Part shown: positions 19,797 through 29,305 of the stretch, piece by piece
How the letters are laid out: each line of letters opens with the position of its first letter
Position numbering within the stretch: position 1 is the stretch's first letter
Assembly (NCBI GenBank): GCA_964467655.1
Contig: CAYXSN010000009.1
Coordinates: forward strand, 85 to 64,084
DNA: 64,000 bases
Source of the DNA: an uncultured Candidatus Saccharimonadales bacterium
GTDB lineage: Bacteria; Patescibacteriota; Saccharimonadia; UBA4664
Direction of reading: 5' to 3'
The notes under the pieces: model-generated
What the model saw: the letters and a program-made list of their open reading frames with translations, nothing else
Database searches by the model: none
Told to the model about the DNA's origin: nothing
Program-made: the position numbers and the translations under genes

Positions 19797-20420
19797 ATGT
19801 TGGCACCACTGACGAAGCGCCAGAAACAAATACTCGATTATGTCACCCAGTTTATTGAGCTACACGGCTATGCTCCCAGCTACCGCGAAATTGGCGCTCA
19901 TTTCAGTTACGGTTCAGTGGCCACCGTCGCCGAGCATATCGAATCACTCGTAGCCAAAGGCGCCTTGCGCAAAAGTGATAACGAGGCCCGCTCTATCCAG
20001 CTCGTTCGACCTCGTGATACTGGTCAGTTTAACGATGCTGTTGCTCTACCTATCTTAGGCTTGGTCGCCGCCGGTCAACCTATCGAAACCTTAGGCACTC
20101 ACCCTGAAACACTCGAGGTACCGCCGTTTATGGTGGGCCGCAAAAATTCCTACGTCCTGCAAGTCAAAGGCGATTCAATGATCGACGAGGGCATCCATAC
20201 CGGTGATTATGTCGTAGTTACCGAGAAACCAGTGCCCAGTAATGGTGAAATGGTCATCGCCCTCCTCAATGGCGGCGAAGCTACACTGAAGCGCTACTAC
20301 CGTGAGGCCGGTCATATCAGGCTCCAGCCTTCAAACGCCGCCATGGAGCCGATCATCATACCCGATGGTCAGGCCATCGAGATCCAGGGCGTGGTTATTG
20401 GCCTCATCCGTAAGTACTAG
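19797..20420 (+). CDS. lexA: SOS repressor LexA
   Basis: LTKRQ..ILD, GYAPSYREI wHTH; VAAGQP cleavage site; GDSM Ser; ATLKR Lys. Confidence 0.97.
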   Translation: MLAPLTKRQKQILDYVTQFIELHGYAPSYREIGAHFSYGSVATVAEHIESLVAKGALRKSDNEARSIQLVRPRDTGQFNDAVALPILGLVAAGQPIETLGTHPETLEVPPFMVGRKNSYVLQVKGDSMIDEGIHTGDYVVVTEKPVPSNGEMVIALLNGGEATLKRYYREAGHIRLQPSNAAMEPIIIPDGQAIEIQGVVIGLIRKY

Positions 20421-20429
20421 AGGCTTCCT

Positions 20430-20639
20430 GTGAGTTTCTCTCAGCAAAACTTTAGCTGCCAGCTCTATATTCCAGCTCAGGGACATATGAAGTTCTCATT
20501 GCCCACCGAGCCGGGCCCTCGTAAGGTAGTCAAACTAAACGCTCCCTCTTACGACCAGCTAACCGATCCTGGATTCCGTCGACTGCTTGCTGCTTTCGAA
20601 TCATTACAGCCACCCACGTTACAAATTGTGCAGGTCTAA
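20430..20639 (+). CDS. small hypothetical protein
   Basis: Fills the gap between lexA and pgeF on the same strand. Confidence 0.35.
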   Translation: MSFSQQNFSCQLYIPAQGHMKFSLPTEPGPRKVVKLNAPSYDQLTDPGFRRLLAAFESLQPPTLQIVQV

Positions 20640-20658
20640 CGGAGCGGCGCAAACATAT

Positions 20659-21411
20659 ATGATTCAGGCTCAATCATTTTTGCAATTTCCGGAGCTCAGC
20701 CATGGTTTTTCGGACGTTTCTGATGGCAACATGGACTATCGGTTTGGTGCTCAGCCAGATGTCGAGTCCAACCGCCGCCGTTACTTAGATAAACTTGGTC
20801 TCAACCTCGACCACGCGGTCCAACAAAGAGGCCTAGAGGCTGAGATTCATAGTGTAACCTCGGCCGATAGAGGCATTGGCATGAAAGCGGCCGAAACCGG
20901 CCTCAAAGCAAACACTTTTATTACGAAGCAACCCGGTATTGCTTTGTTTCTATGCATTGCCGATTGTTTGCCAATTATGATCTATGATAGTCAGCAACAC
21001 GTTGTAGCTTTGCTACACGCCGCCCGCAATAGCACGAACCTCATGCTAACCACCAAAGTCGTGCAAACCCTGATGGATCACTATAATTGCCATCCCCAGG
21101 ATATGTGGGTGGTTTGTGGGCCGGCTATCAGATCTAAGTCGTATGTGTTTGACGAGCCGGTAATTAGCGACTTAGTCGGTCCCGAATGGCGGCCGTTCAT
21201 GCAGAAGTTACCGAATGGTCGGGTGGCGGTTGATGTGCCGGCCTACAACCATGACCAACTCCTCAAGGCCGGAGTCCCGGCTGCACAGATTGAGGATCTA
21301 TCAATTAATACGAGAACTGATTCGCGATTCTTTTCTCACGTCAGGTCGGTCGAGGAGCATCTACCGGAAGGCCGGTTTGCAGCTGTGGTCGCACTTAAGA
21401 CGTTGGCCTAG
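20659..21411 (+). CDS. pgeF: PgeF/YfiH-family protein
   Basis: IADCLPI..YD....VALLHA, GPAI, FFSH, GRFAA. Confidence 0.85.
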   Translation: MIQAQSFLQFPELSHGFSDVSDGNMDYRFGAQPDVESNRRRYLDKLGLNLDHAVQQRGLEAEIHSVTSADRGIGMKAAETGLKANTFITKQPGIALFLCIADCLPIMIYDSQQHVVALLHAARNSTNLMLTTKVVQTLMDHYNCHPQDMWVVCGPAIRSKSYVFDEPVISDLVGPEWRPFMQKLPNGRVAVDVPAYNHDQLLKAGVPAAQIEDLSINTRTDSRFFSHVRSVEEHLPEGRFAAVVALKTLA

Positions 21412-21922
21412 GAGTTTTGATGTGCGTATCGGAATGGTGGGCACCACTCACTCTCCAAGGCCGTTCTAGGCCCGCAAAAGCCACTAGAGCTTGAGTCCTC
21501 ATGATGCCTCCCACGACTTCGGGACGATAATCCCAATCTTCTGCCAATTGAGCTATCCTGATTTTACGCCGACGAAACAAATGGGGTAAGTCTTCGCGGT
21601 ACAGACCAAAAGCTATGCGCGGAATATTGGACTGAAAAATGGCAGCCGAGCACATGGGACACGGCTCGGTTGAGGAGTACAATACACAGTCGCTCAGGTC
21701 GCGGCGTCCTAATTGTTGGCACGCCGAACTAATGGCTACCATTTCGGCATGGGCTGTCACATCTGCTCGCCGCTTCTCGAAATTTTCGGCGGCGGCAATC
21801 ACATGCTCGCCCCTAGTCAAGACGGCTCCAAAAGGAAACTCATCCCATCGCCGACTCGCCTCAGCCAGATCAAGAGCCAGGCGCATGTGTTGCTCTGATA
21901 GCCATTCCATGGCGTCGATCAT
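21395..21922 (-). CDS. nucleoside/tRNA deaminase (TadA/guanine deaminase-like)
   Basis: PFGAV, TAHAEM, EPCPMC. Confidence 0.9.
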   Translation of the reverse strand: MIDAMEWLSEQHMRLALDLAEASRRWDEFPFGAVLTRGEHVIAAAENFEKRRADVTAHAEMVAISSACQQLGRRDLSDCVLYSSTEPCPMCSAAIFQSNIPRIAFGLYREDLPHLFRRRKIRIAQLAEDWDYRPEVVGGIMRTQALVAFAGLERPWRVSGAHHSDTHIKTPRPTS

Positions 21923-23340
21923 TTCCGCCGCATGAGATACATCTGCCGACCACTTTCCCTCACGCCGTCTTGCTGCATAATAGTGTAATACCGGCCAAAA
22001 GCTTTCTCGAATACTAGCTGGTCATATTGGTCGAATATATCTTTGCGAGTCGCCAGCAATGTTTGCACTTTGGAGTCATCCTTGGGTACAAACTCGATAG
22101 CCAAATACTCTCCTAGGCTCGCAAACCATTGAGCGATGTGCCCAAAAGGCAGATTATTGGAAATCGCTAGGTGATGAATGAGTGCCAGAGCCAACACCAG
22201 CCGGTTATGGCCATCGCCGGCTCGCGTCTGCAGGCCAGGCCGCTCCTGATTGGCCCAGCCGATGCCCGGTGAAGGGTTCGTGGCATCAAGTAGTAAGGGC
22301 ACCAAAGCTGTCTCCTGGTGCTCCCGCCCGTACCGGTAATTTTTTTCAACTGCCAAGGGGTCAATGTCGAAACATAAGGCCCTCTGAGCCCCTGCCTCCA
22401 GCGCCACTCGACTAAACCGACCATCATTACCGCCCAGATCCCAGACCTCGGCCGCCTGAATCGCCGCAGTGTACTGCTTGACGATCTCGATCTTGTGGGT
22501 AGCCGCCGCATCAGAATAATTAGTAAAGCTGTAGTATTTACCCCATTCAGTAACCGCACCTCGCGGCAAACGCAAGCTTTTTACGGTTCGACGCAAGCTA
22601 TCAGTTAAGCCCAGAAGTGATTGGCGAGCCAGCTTTTGACCAGCCTCATCCTGACGGACAACTTGCTTGACGGGCTTGTTGGCGTATCGCCGCTGCGACG
22701 AACTATGAATCGACAAGTGCAACATCAGCCCCGGCCTGATCTTACTCCGGGTTGGTAGGGCTGCCGCTGCCAAATCAAGCGGCACGCCGTCAATAAAATC
22801 TCTCATCAGAAGATTGAGCCTAATGTCTACCTTGGCCATCAGGGCCAACGGTGCCAAAAAGTGCCGGCAAAACTGGCCATAAGCCTGCCAGGCTCGGCCA
22901 CCTGCATACGGCTCAAAAGATAAGGTATCAATCAAGACAGGTCGGCCTCGCCAAAACTGCACGTTGTATGCGCTGGCATCCTTGAGAATGAAGCCCTGCT
23001 CCAGTGCCAAATGTTGGGCATCAAGGGTCAGTAACGCAGCATCTTTATAGGCAGAAAAAGCCCATTCATAAGGGTACGACACCCAGTCGAGCTGCTCAGG
23101 CTCCAAAATGTAGGCGGCCCCACCCGGCCAGCCTCCCAGTTCAGATACTGGGAGCTCTCGATGAGGTATCAGCCAACCTCTGGCGATCAGCTCAGCAAAC
23201 AATCCGCTATCCCTAGCAGCTTCATAATCGCGCCGGCCCGCTGGAAACACCTGCCGGTAAACTTTACCGCTTCGGCGGGTCATAGCTCCGGCTGGATCGC
23301 GAAACGATGTAGCGGCCAGGCTTACGTCTGGCTCCGTCAT
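21919..23340 (-). CDS. NoeA-like protein with C-terminal SAM-dependent methyltransferase
   Basis: SFRDPAG, SYPYEW, LKDASAYNVQF, WDLGGNDGRFS, LALIHHLAI. Confidence 0.82.
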   Translation of the reverse strand: MTEPDVSLAATSFRDPAGAMTRRSGKVYRQVFPAGRRDYEAARDSGLFAELIARGWLIPHRELPVSELGGWPGGAAYILEPEQLDWVSYPYEWAFSAYKDAALLTLDAQHLALEQGFILKDASAYNVQFWRGRPVLIDTLSFEPYAGGRAWQAYGQFCRHFLAPLALMAKVDIRLNLLMRDFIDGVPLDLAAAALPTRSKIRPGLMLHLSIHSSSQRRYANKPVKQVVRQDEAGQKLARQSLLGLTDSLRRTVKSLRLPRGAVTEWGKYYSFTNYSDAAATHKIEIVKQYTAAIQAAEVWDLGGNDGRFSRVALEAGAQRALCFDIDPLAVEKNYRYGREHQETALVPLLLDATNPSPGIGWANQERPGLQTRAGDGHNRLVLALALIHHLAISNNLPFGHIAQWFASLGEYLAIEFVPKDDSKVQTLLATRKDIFDQYDQLVFEKAFGRYYTIMQQDGVRESGRQMYLMRRK

Positions 23341-23531
23341 GCCTCGTCCTCAGGCTTGTCGGGCTTTGCTTTTAGCCCGTGTCCTGATGACGAGTTTCTC
23401 TTGGTCAATCTATGCCACCAGCGGGAAATTTGATGGCGGATGGCATACACAACGGCCAATACGGTACCAATGACCATCTGAAGAAACAGACTACCGGACG
23501 AAGGGTCGATATAACCAAGCAGTGCAATCAT
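23337..23531 (-). CDS. small membrane protein with YIDPxxGS motif
   Basis: YIDPSSGSLFLQ plus TM; overlaps the start of the NoeA-like gene. Confidence 0.7.
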   Translation of the reverse strand: MIALLGYIDPSSGSLFLQMVIGTVLAVVYAIRHQISRWWHRLTKRNSSSGHGLKAKPDKPEDEA

Positions 23532-23558
23532 ACCAATTAGTGTATCACATCTGTTGGG

Positions 23559-24551
23559 CTATTTTGGCCAAGCGAGAGGATTGGAGGACTGCGCAACGTG
23601 CCGGCGGTACAGCACGAAAGCTACCACAGCCACGATCACCAGGAAGACGATGAGACCCACAGCTACCAGGTTCTCCCGGGCTACCAGCACGGCATTCTGC
23701 CAGAAAGATTTATTGGTGTTCACTTTGAGTGTGCTGGTGGTTTCCTGGACGATATTGCCGGTGGAGTCGGTCGTGGTAGTGGTTACGGTGTGCTTGCCAT
23801 CGCTTAAGCTATTAGTATCAAGATTTGAGCCAGTTACCGGTTTGCCGTCAACGGCTACCTTCGTGGTTGTGCCGGGTATGGGCGTAGGTAAAGGCGTTGG
23901 GGTAGCGGTACGAGTGCCAAAGATTGGCGTCGGCGTGGGATTGGAGCTGACGGGTGTTGTCGTGGGGAGAGGTGTCGGCGTGTTGGTTACGGGAGTTGGT
24001 GTGGGCGTGGGTGACTGACCCGTCAGGACACTTAAGGTGGTTTCCTGCAGTGAGTCAAGGATGTTGGTGTTTGAGTTAGCATTAGCCAAAACTGATGTAT
24101 TAGCCAGCGTCACTTTATTGTTCTGGCCAGCCTTCACTCGGAAGGTCACTTTAGCCACGGGGTGATCACCGGTCAAAGGCGTAATACTACCCCGGGTGAT
24201 ACTGATAGCGCCATTGCCGGTTTTGGTGGGTGCCTCGACGCCGTAGGAACTGCCAATAGTATCTAATCCCACATATTCGAGGTTGCCTGTCGGGTATTTG
24301 ACGTCAGCCCTGACCGCATTAACGGGTGTGGACCCACTATCAGCTCGCACTGTCAGTGTGACAGTGCTGTTAGCTAATACTTCGGCTGACAGGGGATCGA
24401 AGTACAAGCTACCCGAGCCGGCTGCCCGTGAAAACAGCACCACAAAAACGCCCACCATGACGGTAATAGAAGCCAGCCAACCTGCCAGTGGCATATTAAA
24501 CTTGGGCCGGTTTTGCAGCTTGGACGGTAATTTTTTACGAGTTGCCATCAA
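23559..24551 (-). CDS. membrane-anchored cohesin-domain protein with Pro/Thr linker
   Basis: N-terminal TM; cohesin-like GSLYFDP...VNAVRADVKY...VAKVTF; PT repeats; C-terminal TM. Confidence 0.75.
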   Translation of the reverse strand: MMATRKKLPSKLQNRPKFNMPLAGWLASITVMVGVFVVLFSRAAGSGSLYFDPLSAEVLANSTVTLTVRADSGSTPVNAVRADVKYPTGNLEYVGLDTIGSSYGVEAPTKTGNGAISITRGSITPLTGDHPVAKVTFRVKAGQNNKVTLANTSVLANANSNTNILDSLQETTLSVLTGQSPTPTPTPVTNTPTPLPTTTPVSSNPTPTPIFGTRTATPTPLPTPIPGTTTKVAVDGKPVTGSNLDTNSLSDGKHTVTTTTTDSTGNIVQETTSTLKVNTNKSFWQNAVLVARENLVAVGLIVFLVIVAVVAFVLYRRHVAQSSNPLAWPK

Positions 24552-24596
24552 CTTTTCTTAAAGCTCTTACGTTAACAATATCATACATCTGTTGGG

Positions 24597-26384
24597 TTAG
24601 TACTTCCAATTACTCAAGAGAATCGACAGGTCATAGACGTCAGTCACTCCGTCATGATTGAAGTCGTTGAGGGTGCTGAGACTGTTCCAGCTCAGGAGTA
24701 GTTGCGACAGATCTGACATATTCACAACCCCGTCATGGTTCGTGTCGCCTGGCACAGCCGGCACTGGAGTTGGTGTCGGCGTTGGCTTTGGTGTCGGCGT
24801 GGGCGTTGGTACTGGTGTGGGCGTGACGGTCGGCCGGGGGGTCGGCGTCGGAGTAGCAGTCGGCCGCGGAGTGGCTGTCGAGGTCGGTGTTGGCGTCGCG
24901 CCTGTGCTGGTAGTTATGGTGATGGCGGCTGGCTGGCGGTTGCTTAGAATATCGGTTGCCGCCGTGGTTACCAGGTTGGATGATGCCGCAAACTGTACAG
25001 TCGTAGCACCAGTCGTAGCCAGCGCCTTGAAAACAATCTTGGCGACCAATTTGTCGCCGGTCAGCGCCGGTGTGCCTCCGGCGGTGGCGCGGGTAATCAG
25101 TACCTGGCCGCTCGTGGCATTGGTAACGGCACTCAGTCCGAAGTCGGCACCAGTATCAATCACTGAATCGTATTGCAACCGGGTGGCATCGTATGTCACG
25201 TTCGCCTGGACGGCGTTAACCTGAGTAGTACCGGAATTCTCCCGGATTTCCAATGTCACGGTACTGCCGCTGGCGAGACTGCTGCTTGCGGGACTGAAAT
25301 ACAACGATCCACTGCCCGTAGCTGGCGTACTCGTGGGGGTGGGCGATGCGGTAGCGGTCGGCGTAGGAACCGGCGTGGTTGACTGGATGCGGTCGAAAGC
25401 AGCTTTGATGAAAGCCACGCCAGGGCTAACAGTGCGTGAATCGAGTCCGCCATCAGCATGACCAGCGCTGGAGTCGAGATGGATCTCAGAAACGGCTCCC
25501 CGGGCGTGGACAGCGTCATACATCTCTTGAGATTGAGGATACGCGACGGTACAATCCTGTCGGCCGTGGGCAAAGTAAAAAGCCGGCAAAGTTTTAATAT
25601 TCTGAACGTAGCCCACCAAGTTGGCAGCACTCAACAAAGATGAATTCTGGATTGGTCCACCCAGCCAAATCGACTCAGGCGAGTCTCCGGCGACATGGTC
25701 TTGATAATCACTGCAGTATGAAGCAGCCTGCTCATTCATGGTGCCGAAATCGGTCGGACTATACAAACTGACAACGGCTTGGACTGCGCTGCTTTGGCCG
25801 CTGTTGCCTAGGTTACCGCCGTCAAACGTGCTACTCTGGTCGCCAGTAACCGCCAGGGCGAGAGCCATATAAGCGCCAGCCGATCGGCCCCACGCCGCAA
25901 ACCTGTCGGTATCAAGTCCGTACTCGGCGGCATGTGCCCGCAACCAGCGTACGGCTGCTTTGACATCCTGCACGCCAGCCGGGAAGCGCGCATCACCACT
26001 CAGCCGGTAATTCAGGTTAGCGACTGCCCAGCCCTGACCGCGGAGGGCATCAACGTTATACATCTCGTCACTTTTATCGCCCTCCATAAAAGCGCCACCA
26101 TGAATGTTGACGATCACAGGAACTGCCCGTCCGGTTCGAGCCGGCAAATACAGATCAAGTTTTTGGGCGCTGTGTGCCGTCGCATACGATAGGTTATAAG
26201 CTTCTTGGGCCGGCGCCACTACGCCTGTTGCTGCTCGCAGGTTATATACAATCACGCTGCCAACCAGTACCACTGCCACCACCAAAAGCACGGCAAATTT
26301 CCGGTTAAATGACAATCGCTGGCGCTGATATTGGTTCGAAGGTTTTGGCGTCATGGTCTTTTTAGATTGGTTCGTTTTGGTCAT
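24597..26384 (-). CDS. secreted alpha/beta-hydrolase esterase with cohesin and dockerin domains
   Basis: HGGAF, GRSAG, HGRQDCTV, AGHA; cohesin VNAVQANVTYD; dockerin GDTNHDGVVNMSDL...DFNHDGVTDVYDLS. Confidence 0.85.
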   Translation of the reverse strand: MTKTNQSKKTMTPKPSNQYQRQRLSFNRKFAVLLVVAVVLVGSVIVYNLRAATGVVAPAQEAYNLSYATAHSAQKLDLYLPARTGRAVPVIVNIHGGAFMEGDKSDEMYNVDALRGQGWAVANLNYRLSGDARFPAGVQDVKAAVRWLRAHAAEYGLDTDRFAAWGRSAGAYMALALAVTGDQSSTFDGGNLGNSGQSSAVQAVVSLYSPTDFGTMNEQAASYCSDYQDHVAGDSPESIWLGGPIQNSSLLSAANLVGYVQNIKTLPAFYFAHGRQDCTVAYPQSQEMYDAVHARGAVSEIHLDSSAGHADGGLDSRTVSPGVAFIKAAFDRIQSTTPVPTPTATASPTPTSTPATGSGSLYFSPASSSLASGSTVTLEIRENSGTTQVNAVQANVTYDATRLQYDSVIDTGADFGLSAVTNATSGQVLITRATAGGTPALTGDKLVAKIVFKALATTGATTVQFAASSNLVTTAATDILSNRQPAAITITTSTGATPTPTSTATPRPTATPTPTPRPTVTPTPVPTPTPTPKPTPTPTPVPAVPGDTNHDGVVNMSDLSQLLLSWNSLSTLNDFNHDGVTDVYDLSILLSNWKY

Positions 26385-26722
26385 TCGCTCACAAATAAGG
26401 CGGCCGCCACAATACCGGCTAGCACTATGCCAGCAAACTGGACGCCTTGTTTACTCATCTGGCGGGCCGGCTGTTTGCGGCTTTCAAGATAGGCAATCAG
26501 AACCAGCAGCAAGCCAAATTTTATGCCCAAAGCCATCTGGTTGATATCCTCACGCTCCAGTCCGGCCAATACAAGGCCGCTCAGCAGCTGCCATCGCGCG
26601 CCCCAGAGTACCCAAGGAGTTACCCGATACGCTCCCGAACCCCATTGCGTCATGAGTCCGCCGACCACAGCCGCAAAACCTAAGAGGTGGGTATAAAAAA
26701 CGAGATGTTCAAGTAGCTCCAT
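26381..26722 (-). CDS. small 4-TM membrane protein
   Basis: Hydrophobic; HLLGFAAVVGG...QLLSGLVL...KFGLL; extended -10 7 nt upstream of ATG 26722. Confidence 0.7.
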   Translation of the reverse strand: MELLEHLVFYTHLLGFAAVVGGLMTQWGSGAYRVTPWVLWGARWQLLSGLVLAGLEREDINQMALGIKFGLLLVLIAYLESRKQPARQMSKQGVQFAGIVLAGIVAAALFVSE

Positions 26723-26807
26723 AGTCCTCAGTATAGCACCGCTTATGGTTATTCTAGTCAATCATAAGCGTATACGACCAAGGCCTTGAGGGCTATACCC
26801 TGTTTGC

Positions 26808-27665
26808 TCAACGCTTCAGTAATCGCTCCACCCGCGCTGTCGTCGAAGGATGGGTCGAAAATAGGCCGGCCAGGCCTTCGGCATGAAACATATTCATAAA
26901 CATCAGATGGGCCGTGGCCTCCTGGGTGGGTGAGGGCTGAAGGTTGGCCATACGGGGCTTAAAACTCTCAAGTTTCTGCAAGGCGCTGGCCAGCTCTTGG
27001 CTGCTGCCCACCAGCTTGGCCCCATGGTCATCGGCCATAAACTCCCGGTTGCGCGACACGGCCATTTGGATCAGCATGGCCGCCAACGGCGCAATAATGA
27101 ACATCGCCAAGCTACCGATGGGGTTACCACTCCCTTCTTCGTCGTTGCTGCCAAACAGTCCGCCCATCCAAAAAGCCATTTCTGCGAGCATCGATATGGC
27201 TCCGCCCATGGTAGCAGCAATGGTGGAAACCAGCATGTCCCGGTTTTTCACGTGGCCGAGTTCGTGGCCAAGCACGGCCTTGAGTTCAGCCTCGTCAAGC
27301 AGATCGGTGATACCGCGAGTAACGGCCACCACAGCGTGCTTGGGTGAACGCCCTGTCGCAAAGGCATTGGGGATAGGAGTATCCACGAAATACAATGCCG
27401 GCATCGGCAGACCGTCGGCCTTGACGAGTTCCTCAACCATATCTTTGATGAAGCCGAAGCGTTTGGTATCAAGCGGCTGTGCCCCTTGCATTTTGAGTAC
27501 CAGACTGCCCGAAAACCAGTACATGCCAAAATTCATCACTGCCGCCAGCCCCAGAGCTAGGACTGCCCCACTGCGGCCACCCATGAGGTAGCCCACCCCC
27601 AGGAACAAACCGGTCAGCACCGCCATTAATAAAGTAGTTTTGGCAATTGAAGTTACATATCTCAT
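26808..27665 (-). CDS. htpX: membrane zinc metalloprotease HtpX
   Basis: PNAFATG, HELGH, SRNREFMAD, FSTHP. Confidence 0.96.
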   Translation of the reverse strand: MRYVTSIAKTTLLMAVLTGLFLGVGYLMGGRSGAVLALGLAAVMNFGMYWFSGSLVLKMQGAQPLDTKRFGFIKDMVEELVKADGLPMPALYFVDTPIPNAFATGRSPKHAVVAVTRGITDLLDEAELKAVLGHELGHVKNRDMLVSTIAATMGGAISMLAEMAFWMGGLFGSNDEEGSGNPIGSLAMFIIAPLAAMLIQMAVSRNREFMADDHGAKLVGSSQELASALQKLESFKPRMANLQPSPTQEATAHLMFMNMFHAEGLAGLFSTHPSTTARVERLLKR

Positions 27666-27669
27666 ACAT

Positions 27670-28128
27670 TTACCTCAGATGGTTAATGGTCGCGTCAAAG
27701 TCGGTTAGCGGGGTAATCTCCGCTAATAATTGCTGGAGGCGGCGGGTTTTAGTAGAACCCAGCTTATGTTCGATCCGCATGGCCAGATCGTGGTACCGTT
27801 GCCGCACAGCCGCCACCAAATCCTGGCCAGCCGGCGTCGCTCGCACCAATTTGGAGCGCTTGTCCTGACCGGCTGTCCATTCCAGAAAGCCCCGGGTGTG
27901 GAGATCGGTCACGAGCTTAGTCACTCGCGGTTTCGTCACATGGAGAGCTGCGGCGACGTCACGCATTTGCAGGGGTCCAAAAACCGATATAACCTTTAAG
28001 CACCTCATTTCGGCATCGTGCAACAGCTCCGCAGAGCGACTTGGTGGTTCTGCTAGATAGTAGCTTGTCATGACTACTTCAGCCAAAAAATCACTAAGCT
28101 GTGACACTGGTATATCAGGCTTCTTCAT
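27670..28128 (-). CDS. MarR-family regulator
   Basis: wHTH with DKRSKLVRATPAG. Confidence 0.88.
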   Translation of the reverse strand: MKKPDIPVSQLSDFLAEVVMTSYYLAEPPSRSAELLHDAEMRCLKVISVFGPLQMRDVAAALHVTKPRVTKLVTDLHTRGFLEWTAGQDKRSKLVRATPAGQDLVAAVRQRYHDLAMRIEHKLGSTKTRRLQQLLAEITPLTDFDATINHLR

Positions 28129-28134
28129 AGCCAA

Positions 28135-28164
28135 TAGTTTACTCTAGTTAACTAAAAATTGCAA
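28135..28164 (-). promoter_or_regulatory. marR-htpX promoter with palindromic operator
   Basis: TTGCAA-17-TAAACT, 7 nt to ATG; TAGTTTACTCTAGTTAACTA (16/20 palindromic) overlaps the -10 and spacer. Confidence 0.65.
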
Positions 28165-28260
28165 CCATAAGCGCAAGCTGACGGCCATTTTGACGGCATC
28201 TTCTTGCTCTGGCAGTATCTCCGCATCGTTGAGAGGCTCTTACTGACTGATACCTCTAAT

Positions 28261-28806
28261 CTAATCCTTTGCCTGGCATAATGCCAGCAGTTTCACTGTA
28301 GTATGAGCGTTGCGGATGGTCACAAGATGGTATGCCGGGGTGCCAACCATCCGACTGTAGCGTGTGCGGTTAAAGTTAGCAAAGGTTGTTGTCCAAAAAA
28401 TAATAGGCCCCGCTGCCGCCACCGACTCATATTCAGACTTGGCTTCACCCACAATGTCCATTACCTGAACGGTCGTGGCCGGGGCAATCACAAAAATGGC
28501 ATTGTTTTTGGCTGTCGGATCTTGGTTCCACCAGGTGGGTGCTTGCTCCATGGCAGCCGCAAATTCATCAGCCGAAATCACGGCGCAAGCAATTGGCCAG
28601 CCGAAACGTTGCTCCAGGACAGCTGTCACCTTTTGGACCAAGGCTGCATCAGCTAAGGTAGCAGATTCAAAAATGACGTTTCCGGAATTGATATAGGTTG
28701 ACACTTCGGCAAACCCGGCCCCCTCGAAGCATTGCCTCAGATCGGCCATTGGTACTGCATGCTTACCGCCGACATTGATGCCGCGCAACAGGGCCAGATA
28801 TTTCAT
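28261..28806 (-). CDS. DUF1697 family protein
   Basis: MKYLALLRGINVGG...TYINSGNVIF...TIRN. Confidence 0.9.
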   Translation of the reverse strand: MKYLALLRGINVGGKHAVPMADLRQCFEGAGFAEVSTYINSGNVIFESATLADAALVQKVTAVLEQRFGWPIACAVISADEFAAAMEQAPTWWNQDPTAKNNAIFVIAPATTVQVMDIVGEAKSEYESVAAAGPIIFWTTTFANFNRTRYSRMVGTPAYHLVTIRNAHTTVKLLALCQAKD

Positions 28807-29276
28807 GAGGATTGCTGGAGGGTTTTGAGGTCACGCATAATCTGGCTGCCATGGCCCAAAGGCGTCACGCGACCATAGACTTTGACGACCTGGCCGTGAG
28901 GATTGATGATGAACGTTTTGCGTAACGTACCTTCATGGCCAAACATCTTTTTGCCCCAGGCGCCATAGGCATCCATGACCGAATGGCTCGGGTTCGATAA
29001 CAATCGAAAATTAAGGTTATGTTTAGCCGTAAACCGCTCATGACTCGAGCTGTCATCCTGGCTGATCCCTACAATTTCTGCTCCTAAATCTACCAGGTCT
29101 TCGCGGGCGTCACGTAGGCTGCAGGCCTCGACGGTACAGCCGGGAGTGTCGTCTTGGGGGTAAAAATAGAGCACCAGCCATGTACCAGCGTAGTCAGCCA
29201 AGCTGACCATCTGGCCATCGGCGGCTGGCAGTCTAAAGACGGGGGCGGGGTAGGGCAGAACTGTCGTTTCACTCAT
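28803..29276 (-). CDS. bcp: peroxiredoxin BCP
   Basis: LYFYPQDDTPGCTVEAC. Confidence 0.93.
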   Translation of the reverse strand: MSETTVLPYPAPVFRLPAADGQMVSLADYAGTWLVLYFYPQDDTPGCTVEACSLRDAREDLVDLGAEIVGISQDDSSSHERFTAKHNLNFRLLSNPSHSVMDAYGAWGKKMFGHEGTLRKTFIINPHGQVVKVYGRVTPLGHGSQIMRDLKTLQQSS

Positions 29277-29305
29277 AATGGTACCTCTTCAGGTAAGTAT
29301 AACAG

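Noticed and set aside
23860-25380. Repetitive ggtgt/ggcgt tracts as CRISPR or DNA repeats
   Set aside because: They encode Pro/Thr linkers; there is no constant repeat with unique spacers and no cas gene in the window.
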